Source of the DNA: Lingula anatina
Taxonomy: Eukaryota; Animalia; Brachiopoda
Assembly (NCBI GenBank): GCA_051362555.1
Contig: CM120643.1
Location: 5,208,001 to 5,272,000 of the forward strand
Direction of reading: 5' to 3'
DNA: 64,000 bases
The position numbers and the translations under genes are program-made. This document shows positions 48,166 to 62,190 of this stretch, piece by piece (within the stretch, counting starts at the first letter, position 1; each line of letters begins with the position of its first letter). The notes under the pieces are model-generated. The model did no database searches. It worked only from the letters and a program-made list of their open reading frames with translations, and was not told the origin of the DNA.

Positions 48166-49148
48166 TGGCCTTATTTTTTGAGCGTGATGTGTTATTTGAG
48201 TCCAATATTCTGCGTGAAACGTGATTCAGGAACTCTTGGTGATTGGGGGTGGGGGGGGGGGGGGGATATTCTCTATACCTGGTGCAAAGTTACTTTCTTA
48301 TATTCAGACCTTATGAATGAAACCCCTAGAATAACTTTCTGAAATATACAGGAAGACTTAGAACTATTTTAATTTTCTAATTTACTATTAGTGTTAATGC
48401 ATGAAAGATATGTTCTCAAAGTGCACAAACTGTCCATGATGGTCAGCTAGTGTGTTAGGAGCTCTCAAATCTTTTTCATACATCTCACTTCCTGGAGTAA
48501 CTCACCTGCCACTGACAGCAATTGACACTGCTATTGACAGCTTCTTGAACAAAAGGTCAGATTCATCTGCTTATCCCCTAATTATGAAGCAGTGAAATAA
48601 TATCAGTTAAAAACGAATTGACGTTCTTGCTTATCCTAAAGCAAGAGGGTTGAACTCCCATACAAAAAGTATGTTGAGTTCATGAACCCAAGAAGAAATT
48701 GAGTTAGGATGTGGGTCCTGATACTTTTTTTTCATATGTAAAGACCAGAATTGAACAAAAAATAATATCTCATACGATTTTATAAAGCTTTCCTCATCCC
48801 AAATGGGCTGATAAAATATGGTCCTGGTGCTGAGCTTACTTAATTATGCCCTGATTTTTCTAAAGTGAATACCAATGAGTATATTTGGTACAACACCCAA
48901 GAAGGTTGAGTATGTCTAGCTGTTATTAACTTCATTTTAGATGCCTTATACATTGAAATAATGCAAGTTTTTCTTTATATTTGAAAGTTTCTAGTTGTAT
49001 TATTTTCATTGGGTATTATTACTAAAATTTACACAATTAATGACTGGCCAAAAACCATAGCGAGAAAGTAAGGTGGTGTACAGGATGTCCATGTATTTGG
49101 AAACTGAATTGGATGGCACTCTGGATTTAGTGATGAAAGCAATTCACA

Positions 49149-49169
49149 ATGGCTAGGACTCGTCTACTA
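49149..49169 (+). CDS. JARID2: Candidate first coding segment of JARID2 (MARTRLL)
   Basis: acaATGG start followed by a consensus GTAAGT donor at 49170, phase 0. In frame with acceptors at 50661 or 50688, but not with the AG at 50653. Confidence 0.5.
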
Positions 49170-52100
49170 GTAAGTTTTTGATGTCATATTTTCATTTTTA
49201 CCAGCGATTGATAGTGTTGACATACCCAATTCAATGAGAAAAGATATGTTACATAGACTGGGTTCCTATCCCTAGATTGATCTAATAGGATCGGTTCATC
49301 TGCACAGGGTTTCTCGCTAAATTGGTTTCAGCTTAAGTGGCTTTTATGTCTGGGATGCTTACTGAAGCTGCTTTATTAACCCCTCTATCAGCTTCAGTAG
49401 GCATGGCAGACATCTAAGCCGCTTAAGTTGATTGCAATTAAGTGAGAATCCCCTTGGAGATAGTTTAGTCCAAAGTTAGTACAATAGGGTCTGGGAATGG
49501 TCTCCTAGAATACGTACATGAAAGTCATTTGGGTACTATATTAAGAAATGCCAAGCTAGAGCAACAGTATTATAATTTTGCCAAACATATCTCCTGATAT
49601 TACTGACACTGTTAGTACTCTACATTAGTATTTGTCAGAAGTTCTCACTGATCACAAAGTTTCAGTAGGACCTTGGACAAAAGTAGGGGCTGATGTATTT
49701 TGTTTTATAGGTACAGTTTACTTGATAGTAGTAGATTACACATCAAATTATCCAGAAATTTCCAAGTAAGAAAATTTGAATAGTCAATGTATGATCACCC
49801 ATTTCAAACCTATTATAGCTACGTATGAATTCCTAGAGTTGTCGTTACAGAACCAGGAAAACAGTTTGATTCTTACAAGCAGACATGGTAAAAGTTTGGG
49901 GTCTTTACTGGTCCTTACGACAAGCTGGACAAAAAATTGACTGGTCCTATGAAACTTTTGCTGGTCTTTTTATGTCACCATTTTCCCTAGATATTTAAGA
50001 CTCATTTCCACAAAAAACTTTGAAAATATGAAACTAAAAGGTTATTTCATTTGCTGTCAACTTTTTTTCTTGAGTTTATTATCAACATATACAATTTTTT
50101 TAGTTGATTTTGATGGAACATAAATAGTACACATTAGTAATTTTAGTCAGAATGGGAGCGCTAATGTGTAAAACATGCTGACCACCTCAATGTGTCAGAC
50201 TTTTCGGCATGCTTTAAAACTTGCAAGACTGATTCACAGAACTAATATATACAGATCAAGTACATTTTACATACATCCATTTTACCTGTTGTAAATAATT
50301 AAAATTTGTTGTTGATTTTGCTGTAATGTATTATTGCATCAAAAATGACAATAGCCTATTTTGTGCATCATAATTTTCTTCTTTTTGTCTGTACATTTGA
50401 CAGCTTTGCTTCCTTGTTAGTTATTTTACTTGTGTTGTTGTCACTTTTCTTAGCTGGTGCTACATCCCAGGAGGCAGTATTGATTATCTGGTTCATTTAT
50501 GTATTTTTTGATTGATTAGAAGGGGTGGGTGAAAAATTCGAAAAAAATAGGTGTTGGTGAAGTAATGTAAGATCTGACAGGGGTGTCTAATTCATATATA
50601 AATAATCGATGCCCAAATATAGATAAATATTTCATTCTTATTTTTCCACTCAGATTTCCAGGTAGAATTCCTATCCTATGTTAAACAGAAAGTAGTGGAA
50701 ACTGAAGTAAAGGGGCGTAGACACAGTAGTCATGGCATGACCTATGCTGTCAGGAAGTCATCGCCAATAAGACCTTTGAAAACCAAACCCAGCTGTTCAA
50801 GTCCTGTCAGAACTGATACAAAATTAAGACGGAAACAACCCTCTTTCACAGGAGGTGCTTCTTTGCAGTTATCATCAAAGTCCGATTCCGGTGAAAGCAT
50901 GCCTCCAGTTAAGAAGAATGTCAAGAGAGACCCATGCATCCCTGCTGTCCCTCTGTTGGCAGAAAGGCCAAAAAGAACAATAATACCCAAAAATTTGGTA
51001 GGCTTTTTTTCAATGTGATATTCATAAATTTTCTCAGATTTCTGAAAATTAGTGAGGGATTTAACCAGTTTGACATTTGCAGAGGCTAATTGTGAGTACT
51101 CAGACTAAAGGTCTTTGGCATGAAAATGAATAAATATGATCTGTAGTTTTGATTAATATTTAGTCTGTTGTTTGCCTGAAAAAATGAAAATTGAACAATA
51201 ATGCAGCATGGTACAATTTTATTTGATTCTTTTCTCTACAGGATGAGAGTGCAGGGCTTTCATGGAGGGAAGAAACAGATCTGAAGAAAGCTTTGTTAGC
51301 ATCATTACGTGAGAGCAAAAGGCAAGAGTTAGAAGAACAGGTGGAATTGGAGCTAAAGCAATCCTTGATTAAACCTTCAAGCAGTGGAAGTAGTAGCATC
51401 CACAAAAGCAAGCCCTCTAGACAGGTATGCAAGCAATGTTTAATGTTCCAAATTTTGTGATTAATAAAAGTAACCATTTGTCAGAGCAACGGCTTTATTG
51501 AACATTTTCCAACACAAATGTTTATTTATCAAATGGACAAGGAAACAACAAAAGTGTCTCAAGGTTATAAGTAAAACTGGATATCTTTACTAATGTCACA
51601 TGGCAACCCGCACGAAAATGCAGTAGTATCGAAGTAGCAAAAAAGCATTAACGCAGTAGTGGTGTGGAGCATATTTGCAGTAGAAATGCAGCATAGCCTA
51701 CTGCAATTCTACTCCAAAAAGTACATAGGTTTCACTATTGGGCTTGATTTGATCTTAAAGTGCAATTTAAGATCACAAGTAGTCTTATCTGATCTTAAAC
51801 CATGAGTAAGACCATTTCTGCACTGACAGCCAATTAAGTTGTCTCCCCTTACACGTTCTCCTATTGTGAGCAGAGGTGTCCTCTATTGTGAGAAGAGGCA
51901 TCCCACATTGTGAGGGGAGGAAACTGGTTGACCTCCTAAGTAGATGCTAGATCATTTTTGATCTTAAAAGCAGATGCGGTCCATTTTAAGACTACTGCTT
52001 TAATAATTAAGACCGTGTTAGATCATTTGTGATCTTAAATTGCACTTTAAGACCAAATCCAGCCCACTAGTGTTTGCACAGAGAGGAGCATTAATGAGTA

Positions 52101-55100
52101 GATTAGCAGCATAATAGAAGCATGTTTCAAATATGCTAATTAGCTCCCAAATCGAAGCAGATTTGAAGCATGTTTGCAGTATGATTGCAGTAGTCTACTG
52201 CAGTTTACAGTATGATTGCAGTTGTCTACTGCGCTGGAGTATCTACAGCGTTTTCTTGCGGGAATCTGAAGCTGCTGCAATGTTTGGTTCATCAGCTGCT
52301 CTTTGCTCCCAAATTAGCATCATCCTACTTTTAACCAGAACTGAATACAACATAAAATAGCCAATTTCATTTATCTGTGTGTCTTGCACATGCTGACATA
52401 CACTGCTGTAAGTCAATACAATTTTACTCACAGTATGACTGTTATGACAAGTTTCTTTCTGTGGACTGATATCAAGTATCCCCCACATTCTGTAAGACTG
52501 ACTTCCCATACTTACATCGATCTAACAGGATCAATCCATCTCAGAGGGGTTTCTCGCTAAATTGCTTTCAGCTTAAGCATCTTAGATGTCTGGCACACCT
52601 ACTGAAGTTGCTAAATGATAATTAATTACCTCCTAGCAGCTTCAGTAGGAGGACAGACATCTAAGCCACTTAGGTTGATTGCAATTTAGTGAGAATACCC
52701 ACTGAGATAGATTGATCCATAGTTTATATAATAGAGTCTGGGAATGGCCCTAAGTCAAACTTATTTGAAAGAATGGTACGCATTCAAAGTGCTTCTATGA
52801 TAACTAGCAAGGGTTGATGTTATGCCAGGCCATGCTGTTTCACTCCAGCTTTTGTACCCTCTTTTTTCACAAGAGCTCTTAAGGTGAGCTCCTCATAGCA
52901 CTTTTCATGTACAGACACAGATGCGTGAATATTCATGTAATACAGGTCAAGTTTGAAAATCGGCATGATCTGGCCAATTTTTTCAAAAGTTATGCTATTT
53001 TTTCAGCATGTATGCAATTCTTATAATACATTCGAGGAAAACCAATAGGCCTATTGTCTTGAAACTCACAGGAGTGATCAGTCTTACTAAAATACAAGCA
53101 GAGTCCAAAAATCAGCTTGATCAGACCATTTTTACAAAAGTTTTTCCTCTTTTTTCAGCATATTTTATCTACCAATATAAAGGTAACATAAAAACCATGT
53201 TGAATTTTGCTTCAGTACTTGAACAACTGATTTATAGACCTAATGTACAGATCTAGTTTGAAAATAAGCTTGATGGGTTCAGTTTTGATGAAGTTAAGTG
53301 GTTTTCCCCACTTTCAGTTGTTAGCCATGTTAACAGTTTCATTATTGAACTAATTAGATCTGTAAAAGTGTTCTTTTTAACATTATTGTTAGTTGATTAT
53401 ATAAAAATGATAGTAAACCTGTTATCGTGTATTGTAAACCTATGTATGTGTCAAAAAGGAAATTAACTCATATCATTGCAGTTTGTCATCTTCAATCATT
53501 GACTGTGTTCAGGGTCTCAGAATGGAGCAAATTGGACATTTAAAATTGATATTGATATTTTTCCCATCTAAACATTTTTTTTTTTTTTTGTTGATTATAC
53601 ATGAATGATAGTAAACTGATTATTTTGTTTTATGTAAAAAAAAGTGTTGAAATTGGAAATGAATTCATTTCAGTAATCTCTTGATAACATTGGCATTTTC
53701 AAGATGTGAGTTTGAAGTTCCATGGGCCTGAAGACCTCTGCTAGTTACATTACTATAAATCCATGTTACCTGCAGTGCATCATTAAAGATTGGTGGTGAC
53801 TATGCTGATTAGCATTATGTAAAATTGCATCAAAAATTTAAAAGAAAATTGAAGAAAACCCTATTTTGGGCACTGCCGCCATAGTGACCATTAAAGGAAA
53901 CGCATGTCACTTACTCTTCTCAAATTTATAGGAAAGAAACAAAGGACTAAAATACAGCTTTATTTGGAAAAATGGTCTGATTAGTTAATTTTTCTGAAAG
54001 CAATATAATTTTTTATAAAATTTTTTTTTTCATTATACATTTTTTTTTTAATGTAATTTTTCACATGTTGGCATTTTCAAGTTGTGACTTTGAACCTCCA
54101 TGGGCTTGGAAGACCTTTGCTAGTCGTATTTACTGTTAATCAGTATGTAATAATGCATCAGAATTGAAGAAAACTCTATTTTGGACTCTGCCGCCATAGT
54201 GACCATTAAAGGAAAACCATGTTACTTATAATTCTCAAACTTACTGAAAAGATTCATAGGACTGAAATGGGCTTGAGTTGGAAAATCAGTCTGATTGCTT
54301 TCCCTTCTGGAAGCGAGCACTGATGGTATACTCATGGTTCTACCCCTGCCCCATCTGGAACAGCTCTGCAGGGTGTGAGTGCATACAATTCACCCTTACT
54401 GCTTCTCCTCCTAGACCAGAAGGACCTGTTTCTGTCTCTTGGAATAAGGTCACATATAAATTCAAGTTGATCCCCCTAGATTTTGGTCTCTGTCAGTGCA
54501 TTTCCTTAGGCGTGACACTTGTTGCAATGTATCCTTGTCAAAATTGTTAAATGCTAAACCTCTCAAACTGAAGGAATTATTGAAGTACTACTATAGAAGT
54601 ATTCCAGAAAGTCATACATGCAGATTTCCAATATGCCCTTGGATTTGAACTTTGACCTTTATTTCAAGGTCAAATGGGCCAAAATTTTGTGAAAAAAATA
54701 ATAATTTGCAGCAAAAAAAATTTGTTTGTGCCAATTTTCAGAAACTACACAGACCAAAGCTTTCATATAAGTGTGAGGTGTTACACTAAGGGTCTCCTGT
54801 TACTTTTGTGAGTTTGGGTCAATTTGTGCATTAGAAGCAGCCATTAGATGCTGAAACTTGAAAACTCTTGAATCAAAAAAAGGTCCACTGTAAACAGTCA
54901 TATATTGAACAATCATATGTTGAACATCTTCATCTGCACTTCATTTAGACTTTTATCCTACTTCTCCCCATAAAATACTCTTGCCACATATACCCAACCC
55001 TACTTCTCCACAAGTAACACACATACTTCCATGCCTTACCTCAACTTGAATGCACTTACTCTTGCTGGTGGTACAATACCAGGAGGGAATATCACCTCTC

Positions 55101-58100
55101 TGATCCTCTTTTTTAATAATTAATGGAACTTAAAGTCATAATAACTCTTCGTTTTGGCCAAAAATTGAATTTTCCTGGAAAAAACGGCAATTTTCCCGTA
55201 CTTACCAATGGTCAACGACCCCATTCCTGCATTCAAAGTTAATCCAGGGTTTTTTTCCTAAACGTACGGTTTTTTGTTAAAATCTCTTAAGAGATTTTAA
55301 CTGACAGAGCTCTCTCTGACATTGCAAAGTCACTGGTGACCTACTTAAAACCGCGGGAAAAGCAGACAACAACAACACTATATAAGATTCATGAGATATA
55401 TTCGTCTTTTTGTTAAAAATGCATTTATATCCACAATGTGTGCCATTCTGGGCTTTTTCGTTATCCGACGCACTGTACAAAAACTCGCAACTTACGTCTG
55501 CGTCCGCATTAATGGGTTTGGCACCATGTTATATTGGTCTCGAATGAACGCGAGAATCCGCGTGACACCATTACGTCATTAGCAACGAATGCTTTGATGA
55601 CTGGGAAGAAAGGCACCGAAAGCCCCATTGACAAGCACAGATTTTAGTTTTACTACAATAACGGCCGTTTTAGTGGTAAAATACAATAGAATATATTTCC
55701 ATGCGTTGTTTACAATGTATTTCATGCGGAATTTTGAATCTCAAAGGAAGAGTTATTATTGCTTTAAGTTTTTGGCACTTTAGATTAATGCAGTTCAGAA
55801 CACTCAACATGCACAGATGAAGTCTCCAAGAGCAATGCTTGCATGGCTAATTTTACACATGTTGATCTCTGAATCACAGTCTTTGCCATAATCTTTACAG
55901 CTTACTGACCATATATAAAGACCACCACTTTCCTCAAATCTGCTGATACAAACCAGTGGCTGAAGTTGCAGACTGGAATCAAAATCTTTGTCTAAGAACT
56001 CGCTATTCTTTAATCATGAGCCACTGCTTGGCTTTCTTCATTTAGTGTCAAAACCTAAGGTACCATTTCCTCATTCTCTTCCTCTTTAACTTTTTGCTGC
56101 TTAGCAACTGATATTGTATATTCTTGTCATTTTTTCCAGCAGTCCACAGCAATAAAGGCAATGAACTATCATGTGTTTAGCAAGTGGAACACAATAATTT
56201 ATACTCGATACTCAGCAAATACTAATAATCTAATAATACATGACATATGCTTCATAAATTCTTCAGTCAGGCCTCTCACTTCCATTGCAAGTTCCAACTC
56301 CTTGTAATGACTTTTATAAGCCTATAGCTAATAAAAGTGTTGCTCATTAAAGATCTTAAATCATTTTAATATTGTACTTAGTTACCAGAAAAAAAAAACT
56401 CATGTACTACATATGAAACATCAACAGCATCAAAGTGAAGTTGGTGGAACCAAATTGTCATTTTATTAATACTGGTAATTACTTATATACTTAAGACCCC
56501 ATTCCCGTACCGAGATCGATCTAGCAGGATCGACCCATCTCCATGGGGTTCCTCGCTAAATTGCTTTCAGCTTAAGCAGCTTAGATATATGGCATACCAA
56601 CTGAAGCTGGTCAGTGATAGTTAATCACCCCCAAACATCTTCAGTAGGCTTTTTTTGAAGCGAATAGTTTATTGTAATTGATATATTAATGGACGACTTG
56701 CTGTGAGCCTAGTCAGCATGTAATAATGTAGAGGTATTGATTTCACATAGGCTGTGGCACTTGAAAAATCTTACTGTATTTTGCATAATCTCTTTATCGT
56801 CAAATTGTCATAGACAATCTCTTTAATATGGGCGTTGTTTAATTTGCCATATATATAAAGTAAAAAATAAACAACTTGCTATAATTTAGGTATCCAAAGA
56901 GTCCAAAGAGGTTGAATCGCTTACCCAGAAGGTTGACAGTCCTGTTTCCTGGGGAATGAAGACGCCCCAGCACAAGACACTCTCACATAACAAAGGAAGC
57001 AAAGGCATATCTAAGGCAGCCATGACTACAGATTATGTTAGGTGAAACATGGGGTGCAAAGTGTGTTTGGTGTGGCAAAAAATTGTGACATACTGTGTGA
57101 TATGGCATATTAAATCAGTGGTTACAAATTGTTTGAAATAATATTGGTAGAGAGGACAGACAAAGTATTAAATGAATCTAGCATTTTTTTGATGTACAGA
57201 CACAGATGTGTCTGTACATATTGCCATCACCTGCGTCTGCTGTTTTTTCACTTTTCAGCATATATGCAACACTGTTAACACATTTCAAGGAAAACCGATA
57301 AGCCAGGAGTAATCAATCTTACTAAAACGCAGGTCAAATTCGAAAATCAGCATGATCGGGCCATTATTTTAGTAGTTATGCTGTTTTTTCACTTTTCAGC
57401 ATATATGCAACACTGTAAACACAATATAAGAAAAACAGATACGCCAATTGTCATTAAACTCACAGGAGTGGTTAATTTTACTAAAACGCAGGTTGAGTTC
57501 ATACATCAGCATAATCGGGCCATTATTTTAGAAGTCATGCTGTTTTTTCTCATGTCCTCAGATTCAATTCTTAGGCATGTTAACAGTCTCATTATTGAAC
57601 TAATAAGATACGTAAAAGTGTTTGTTTGACATTTCCTGTATCTTTACAACATTTTTAGTTGATTATGTAAAAATGATGGTTAACTTGTTATCGTGTATTG
57701 TGTAATAAAGTTTCAAAAAAGGAAATAAACTCATATCATTGCAGTTTGTCAAATTCAATCATTCACTATGTTCAGAATCTCAGAATGGAGAAAATTGGAA
57801 TTTAACACTGTTGTATTGATATTTTTCCCATCTCATCAATTTTATTAGTTGATCATATAAAAATGTCAGTTAACTGTTAATTTTGTTTTATGTTAAAATT
57901 TGTTAAAAATGGAAAAAAAAACATTTCAGAACAGTGCTGTCTTGTTTACATTTTGGCATTTTCAAGGTGTGACTTTGAAGTTCCATGGGCCTGAAGACCT
58001 TTGCTAGTCACATTTTCTTAATATTCATGATACTAATATTTTATCATTAAAAATTGGTAGTCATTATGCTGTTTAGCATTACATAATATTGTATCTGATC

Positions 58101-61100
58101 TTTGAAAGGTGTCACTGACTATCCTCAAGCTTTCAAGAATAATTATTTGGATTAAAATATAGCTTCATTTAGGAAAGTAGCCTGCTTTAATTGCGAACAT
58201 TGCCACAAGACCTTCCAAACTGCTTCAATCCCTTTTCTTGAAGTTATGTAGTTTTTTTGTGAAATGCTCATTTGTCACATATTTGCATTTAAGAGGTGTG
58301 GCTGTGAACTTCTGTGGCCCTGAAGCCCAATATTTTATACATTTTTACGATTTCCATGTTTGGTGCATAGATAAAATTTGGTGGAGAAAATGTTGTTTAA
58401 AAAAAAAACCTTAATATTGCTTTAGAGTTGACAGTATAACCTATTTTGTGGCTCCCTTTTTATGTACAGACACAGATGTGTCTGTACATATTGCCATCAC
58501 CTGCGTCTGTCGTCGCCGTCGTCGCCCGCGCCGTGCACTTTCCTTGTAAACACGATAAGTGCAAGGCAGTTTTACTTTTTGGCTTTATATTTACAGAGCT
58601 GACGAATATTCATAAAACGCAGGTCAAGTTCGAAAATCAGTATGAACGGGCCATTATTGTAGAATTTATGCTGTTTTTTCACTTTTCAGCATATATGCAA
58701 CACTGTAAACACATTTCAAGGAAAACCGATAGGCCTGTTGTCATGAAACTCACAGGAGTAATCGATCTTACTAAAACACAGATCAAGTTCGAAAATGGGC
58801 ATGATTGGGCCACTATTTTAGTAGTTATGCTTTTTTTTCACTTTTCAGCATATATGCAACACTGTAAACACAATATAAGAAAAACAGATTGGCCAATTGT
58901 CATTAAACTCACAGGAGTGGTCAATCTTGCTAAAACGCAGGTGGAGTTCAAAAATCAGCATAATTGGGCCATTATTTTAGAAGTTATGCTGTTTTTTCAC
59001 ATTTCCTCAGATTCAATTCTTAGGCATGTTAACAGTTTCATTATTTAATTAATAAGATACGTAAAAGTGTTTGTTTGGCATTTCCTGCACATTTACAACA
59101 TTGTTAGTTGATTTTGTAAAAATGGTGGTAAACTTGTTATCGTGTATTGTGTAATTAAGTTTCAAAAATGGAAATAAACTCATATCATTGCAGTTTGTCA
59201 GATTCAATCATTCACTATGTTCAGAATCTCAGAATGGAAGAAATTGGACAATTAACACTGCTCTTTTGATATTTTTCCCATCTCATCATTTTTATTAGTT
59301 GATCATATAAAAATGTCAGTAAACTGTTAATTTTGTTTTATGTTAAAATTTGTTAAAAATGGAAAAAAAAAATTTCAGAACAGTGCTGTCTTGTTTATAT
59401 TTTGGCATTTTCAAGTTGTGACTTTGAAGTTCCATGGGCCTGAAGACCCATGGTAGTCATATTTTCTGAAAATCCATGATACGTATATTTTATTATTAAA
59501 AATTGACAGTCATTATGCTGTTTACAATTATGTTATATTGCATCAGAATTGGAGAAAACACAATTTTGGGTGCTGCTGCCATGATGACCATTATGGGAAA
59601 ACCATTATACTTATGATTGCCAAACTTTCAAAAAAGAAATACAGGACTTAAATACAGCAGTCCAGCAGCAGTGGAAAAGCAGTCTAATTGGCTTCTTTTT
59701 CTAGAAGGAATACATTTTCAAAGTTTGAACTTGAATTCCCATGGGCCTGAAGCCTTATGCTTGTTACACATTTTACTTACATTGGTATTACCTGTTTAGC
59801 ATAATTAAAATTTGATGTTGAATTTGCAGTTTAACATAATGTAATTTTGCATCAGAATTGACAGTAGCCTATTTTGTGCATAGTTATTTCCTGTTTTTTG
59901 TCTGTACATTTGACAGCTTTGCTGCCTCGTTTTTTTTTCCTTTTTGTCTGTACATTTGACAGCTTTGCTGCCTTGCTTTTTTTTTATTTCATTGTGAAAT
60001 ATTGGGTTTATAGCTGAGCTGACTATTATCGGTTTATTGCTATTTATTCCCATGTCAGTATTATTGTCAAATTGAATAATTCAGTAAAAACATGAGAAAA
60101 CATTTGGTAAAAGGTATAAAATGTAGGAAGATTAATTATTTTGATAACAAAGATTTTAAGGACTTGTTTTTTACTCTTGTTTGAAAGTATAAGATGAAAT
60201 ATATTCCCATTTGATTAAATTTGATATATGGTACATTTTTTTGTCATTTTTAGTGATAGTCCATCAGTCAAAGTTCGTGCTCAGAGAAAGTTTGCCCAGG
60301 GCCAGGGTGTCTGCTCTGCTCCCAGCAGTCCATCTCCCAGTGTGAACATGACCCCAGTAAAGATACAGGCTTCTGCATCACCAGCAAGCTCAGGCAAGAA
60401 GAGACACTTAGTAGCAACCAAGAGAGCTAAAACAGAAGATTTTCTCACATTTTTATGTTTACGAGGTGGGTTATTCCAAATAAACCAATTTCTTCACCTG
60501 AATTCTAGGGCAATCCCCCCCTCCCCGGGCAATCCCCCCCCACCCAAAGAAGATATATATATATATATATATATTTATATACAAATATAAAGTAAAGAGT
60601 GTAAAGTTCAAAACTTTTCATCCATTTTATTAATATTTTTAATGTGACAATGCAACTCCATCATTAAACAAATTACTGTATAACAAATTCCCTTTTCATT
60701 GAGTACAGGTACAGAAAGTTTTATTAAATATGTAGAACGAAAGTAAAACCATCTATCCTGCAGGTGAAGGAAGGGTAAACAGATGAACAGGTTAAGATAT
60801 TTTATGATGATTTGTAGTGTGGTGGGTGGGTGGGAAGTGGTTGAGCAATTAAAAAATAATCAAAGGGATTCCTGGGTAAGTGAGGAAGTCTGTTTACCCC
60901 ACCTCTCGCTAGAGATGCACCTTGATTCAAGACCGGCAACTTGATCAGGAGGGAGTGATGAAGTAATTAAAAGTATCAGTTTATACATCAAAGGGTTACA
61001 TGGATGAGTGAGATCATCTGATTACCCCACCTTTACCTGGAGATATACTTTGACCAGATTTTAATTAAAAATTTCTGTACATCTATTTCTAAAATTTTCT

Positions 61101-62128
61101 GTACCTTTACTCCGTGAAAATGGAACTGGGATAAAATAATTTGTTTAATAACGTTAATATTCTCTATCCCTGAGTTGCATCATCACATTAAAAAATATTC
61201 ATAAAATGGATGAAAAGATTTCAACTTTATATTCTTTACTTAGATTTGTATAGAAATGTATATTCCTTGGAGAGGATTGTTTGGGGGGGAAATTGTCCTG
61301 ATACCCTTTACATTTTATCTTTGTCAACCATTTATTTATAGGCTTTACACATTCTGTAACCTGAGAAGTGAAAAAAAATGTTTTTTTTTTTTAAATATTG
61401 TTTTCATGTACACATGCATCTTTCATCAGGTCATTATTTGAGACAGTTGCATCAAGATTCACATTTAATTTGCTGGTGACTTATTGGAGCAATTTTTTAT
61501 TTAGTTTCATCTTTCTATATACAGGTACTGTATGTATATATATTCTGATGACAATTCTGTTACTGTTATGCTTGTGTTACTCTCCGACAGTCTTTTATCA
61601 TCCATAAATGCCAATTTTATTTTACTGGAGGAATAAAATACAACTGTAGTTGGGAAAGCAGCGTGATTTGGATTTATTATTTTCAACTGAACTGACTGAC
61701 TTTCGACTGAAACCCGTGTAGTTCAGCTATAATCAAAATAATGTTATTATTTATCATTTTATTAATTTATTTGCAAAAAACTGGATGCTTATAGAAATGA
61801 TGCAAGTGTTCCTAAGTACCTCAAATCTTCTTCAGAGACATGTACTTTCAATGAGCACCACTACTTTCAGGTACCCCAGCTCTTCCAAAGAAACTCAACT
61901 TCTTTAACTACCCACCTGTCATGACTGAAAAGGTTACTCGCCCAGCAAACATGGTGAAGCTCTCCCGTAATGGTGGCAGAGGGAACACCACCCCTGTGAA
62001 GTATGAGGATGGCAACAGTAGAGATAGTTTTGACCTGGATGTATCTCCACTGGTGAGTCCAGCAGTGGTCTTCACTGTCAGACTGCTGATTGCATAGATG
62101 TTTGACTTGCCAGGGTGCAAGAACTATG

Positions 62129-62190
<62 letters not shown>

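Noticed and set aside
56140-56310. Alternative JARID2 exon after a strong tttttccag acceptor
   Set aside because: No convincing donor before the in-frame stop; 56890-57041 fits the phase requirement better.
58446-59048. 200-aa ORF with internal repeats
   Set aside because: It is a translation of the tandem units of a family D HINE; the frame is not kept in sister copies.
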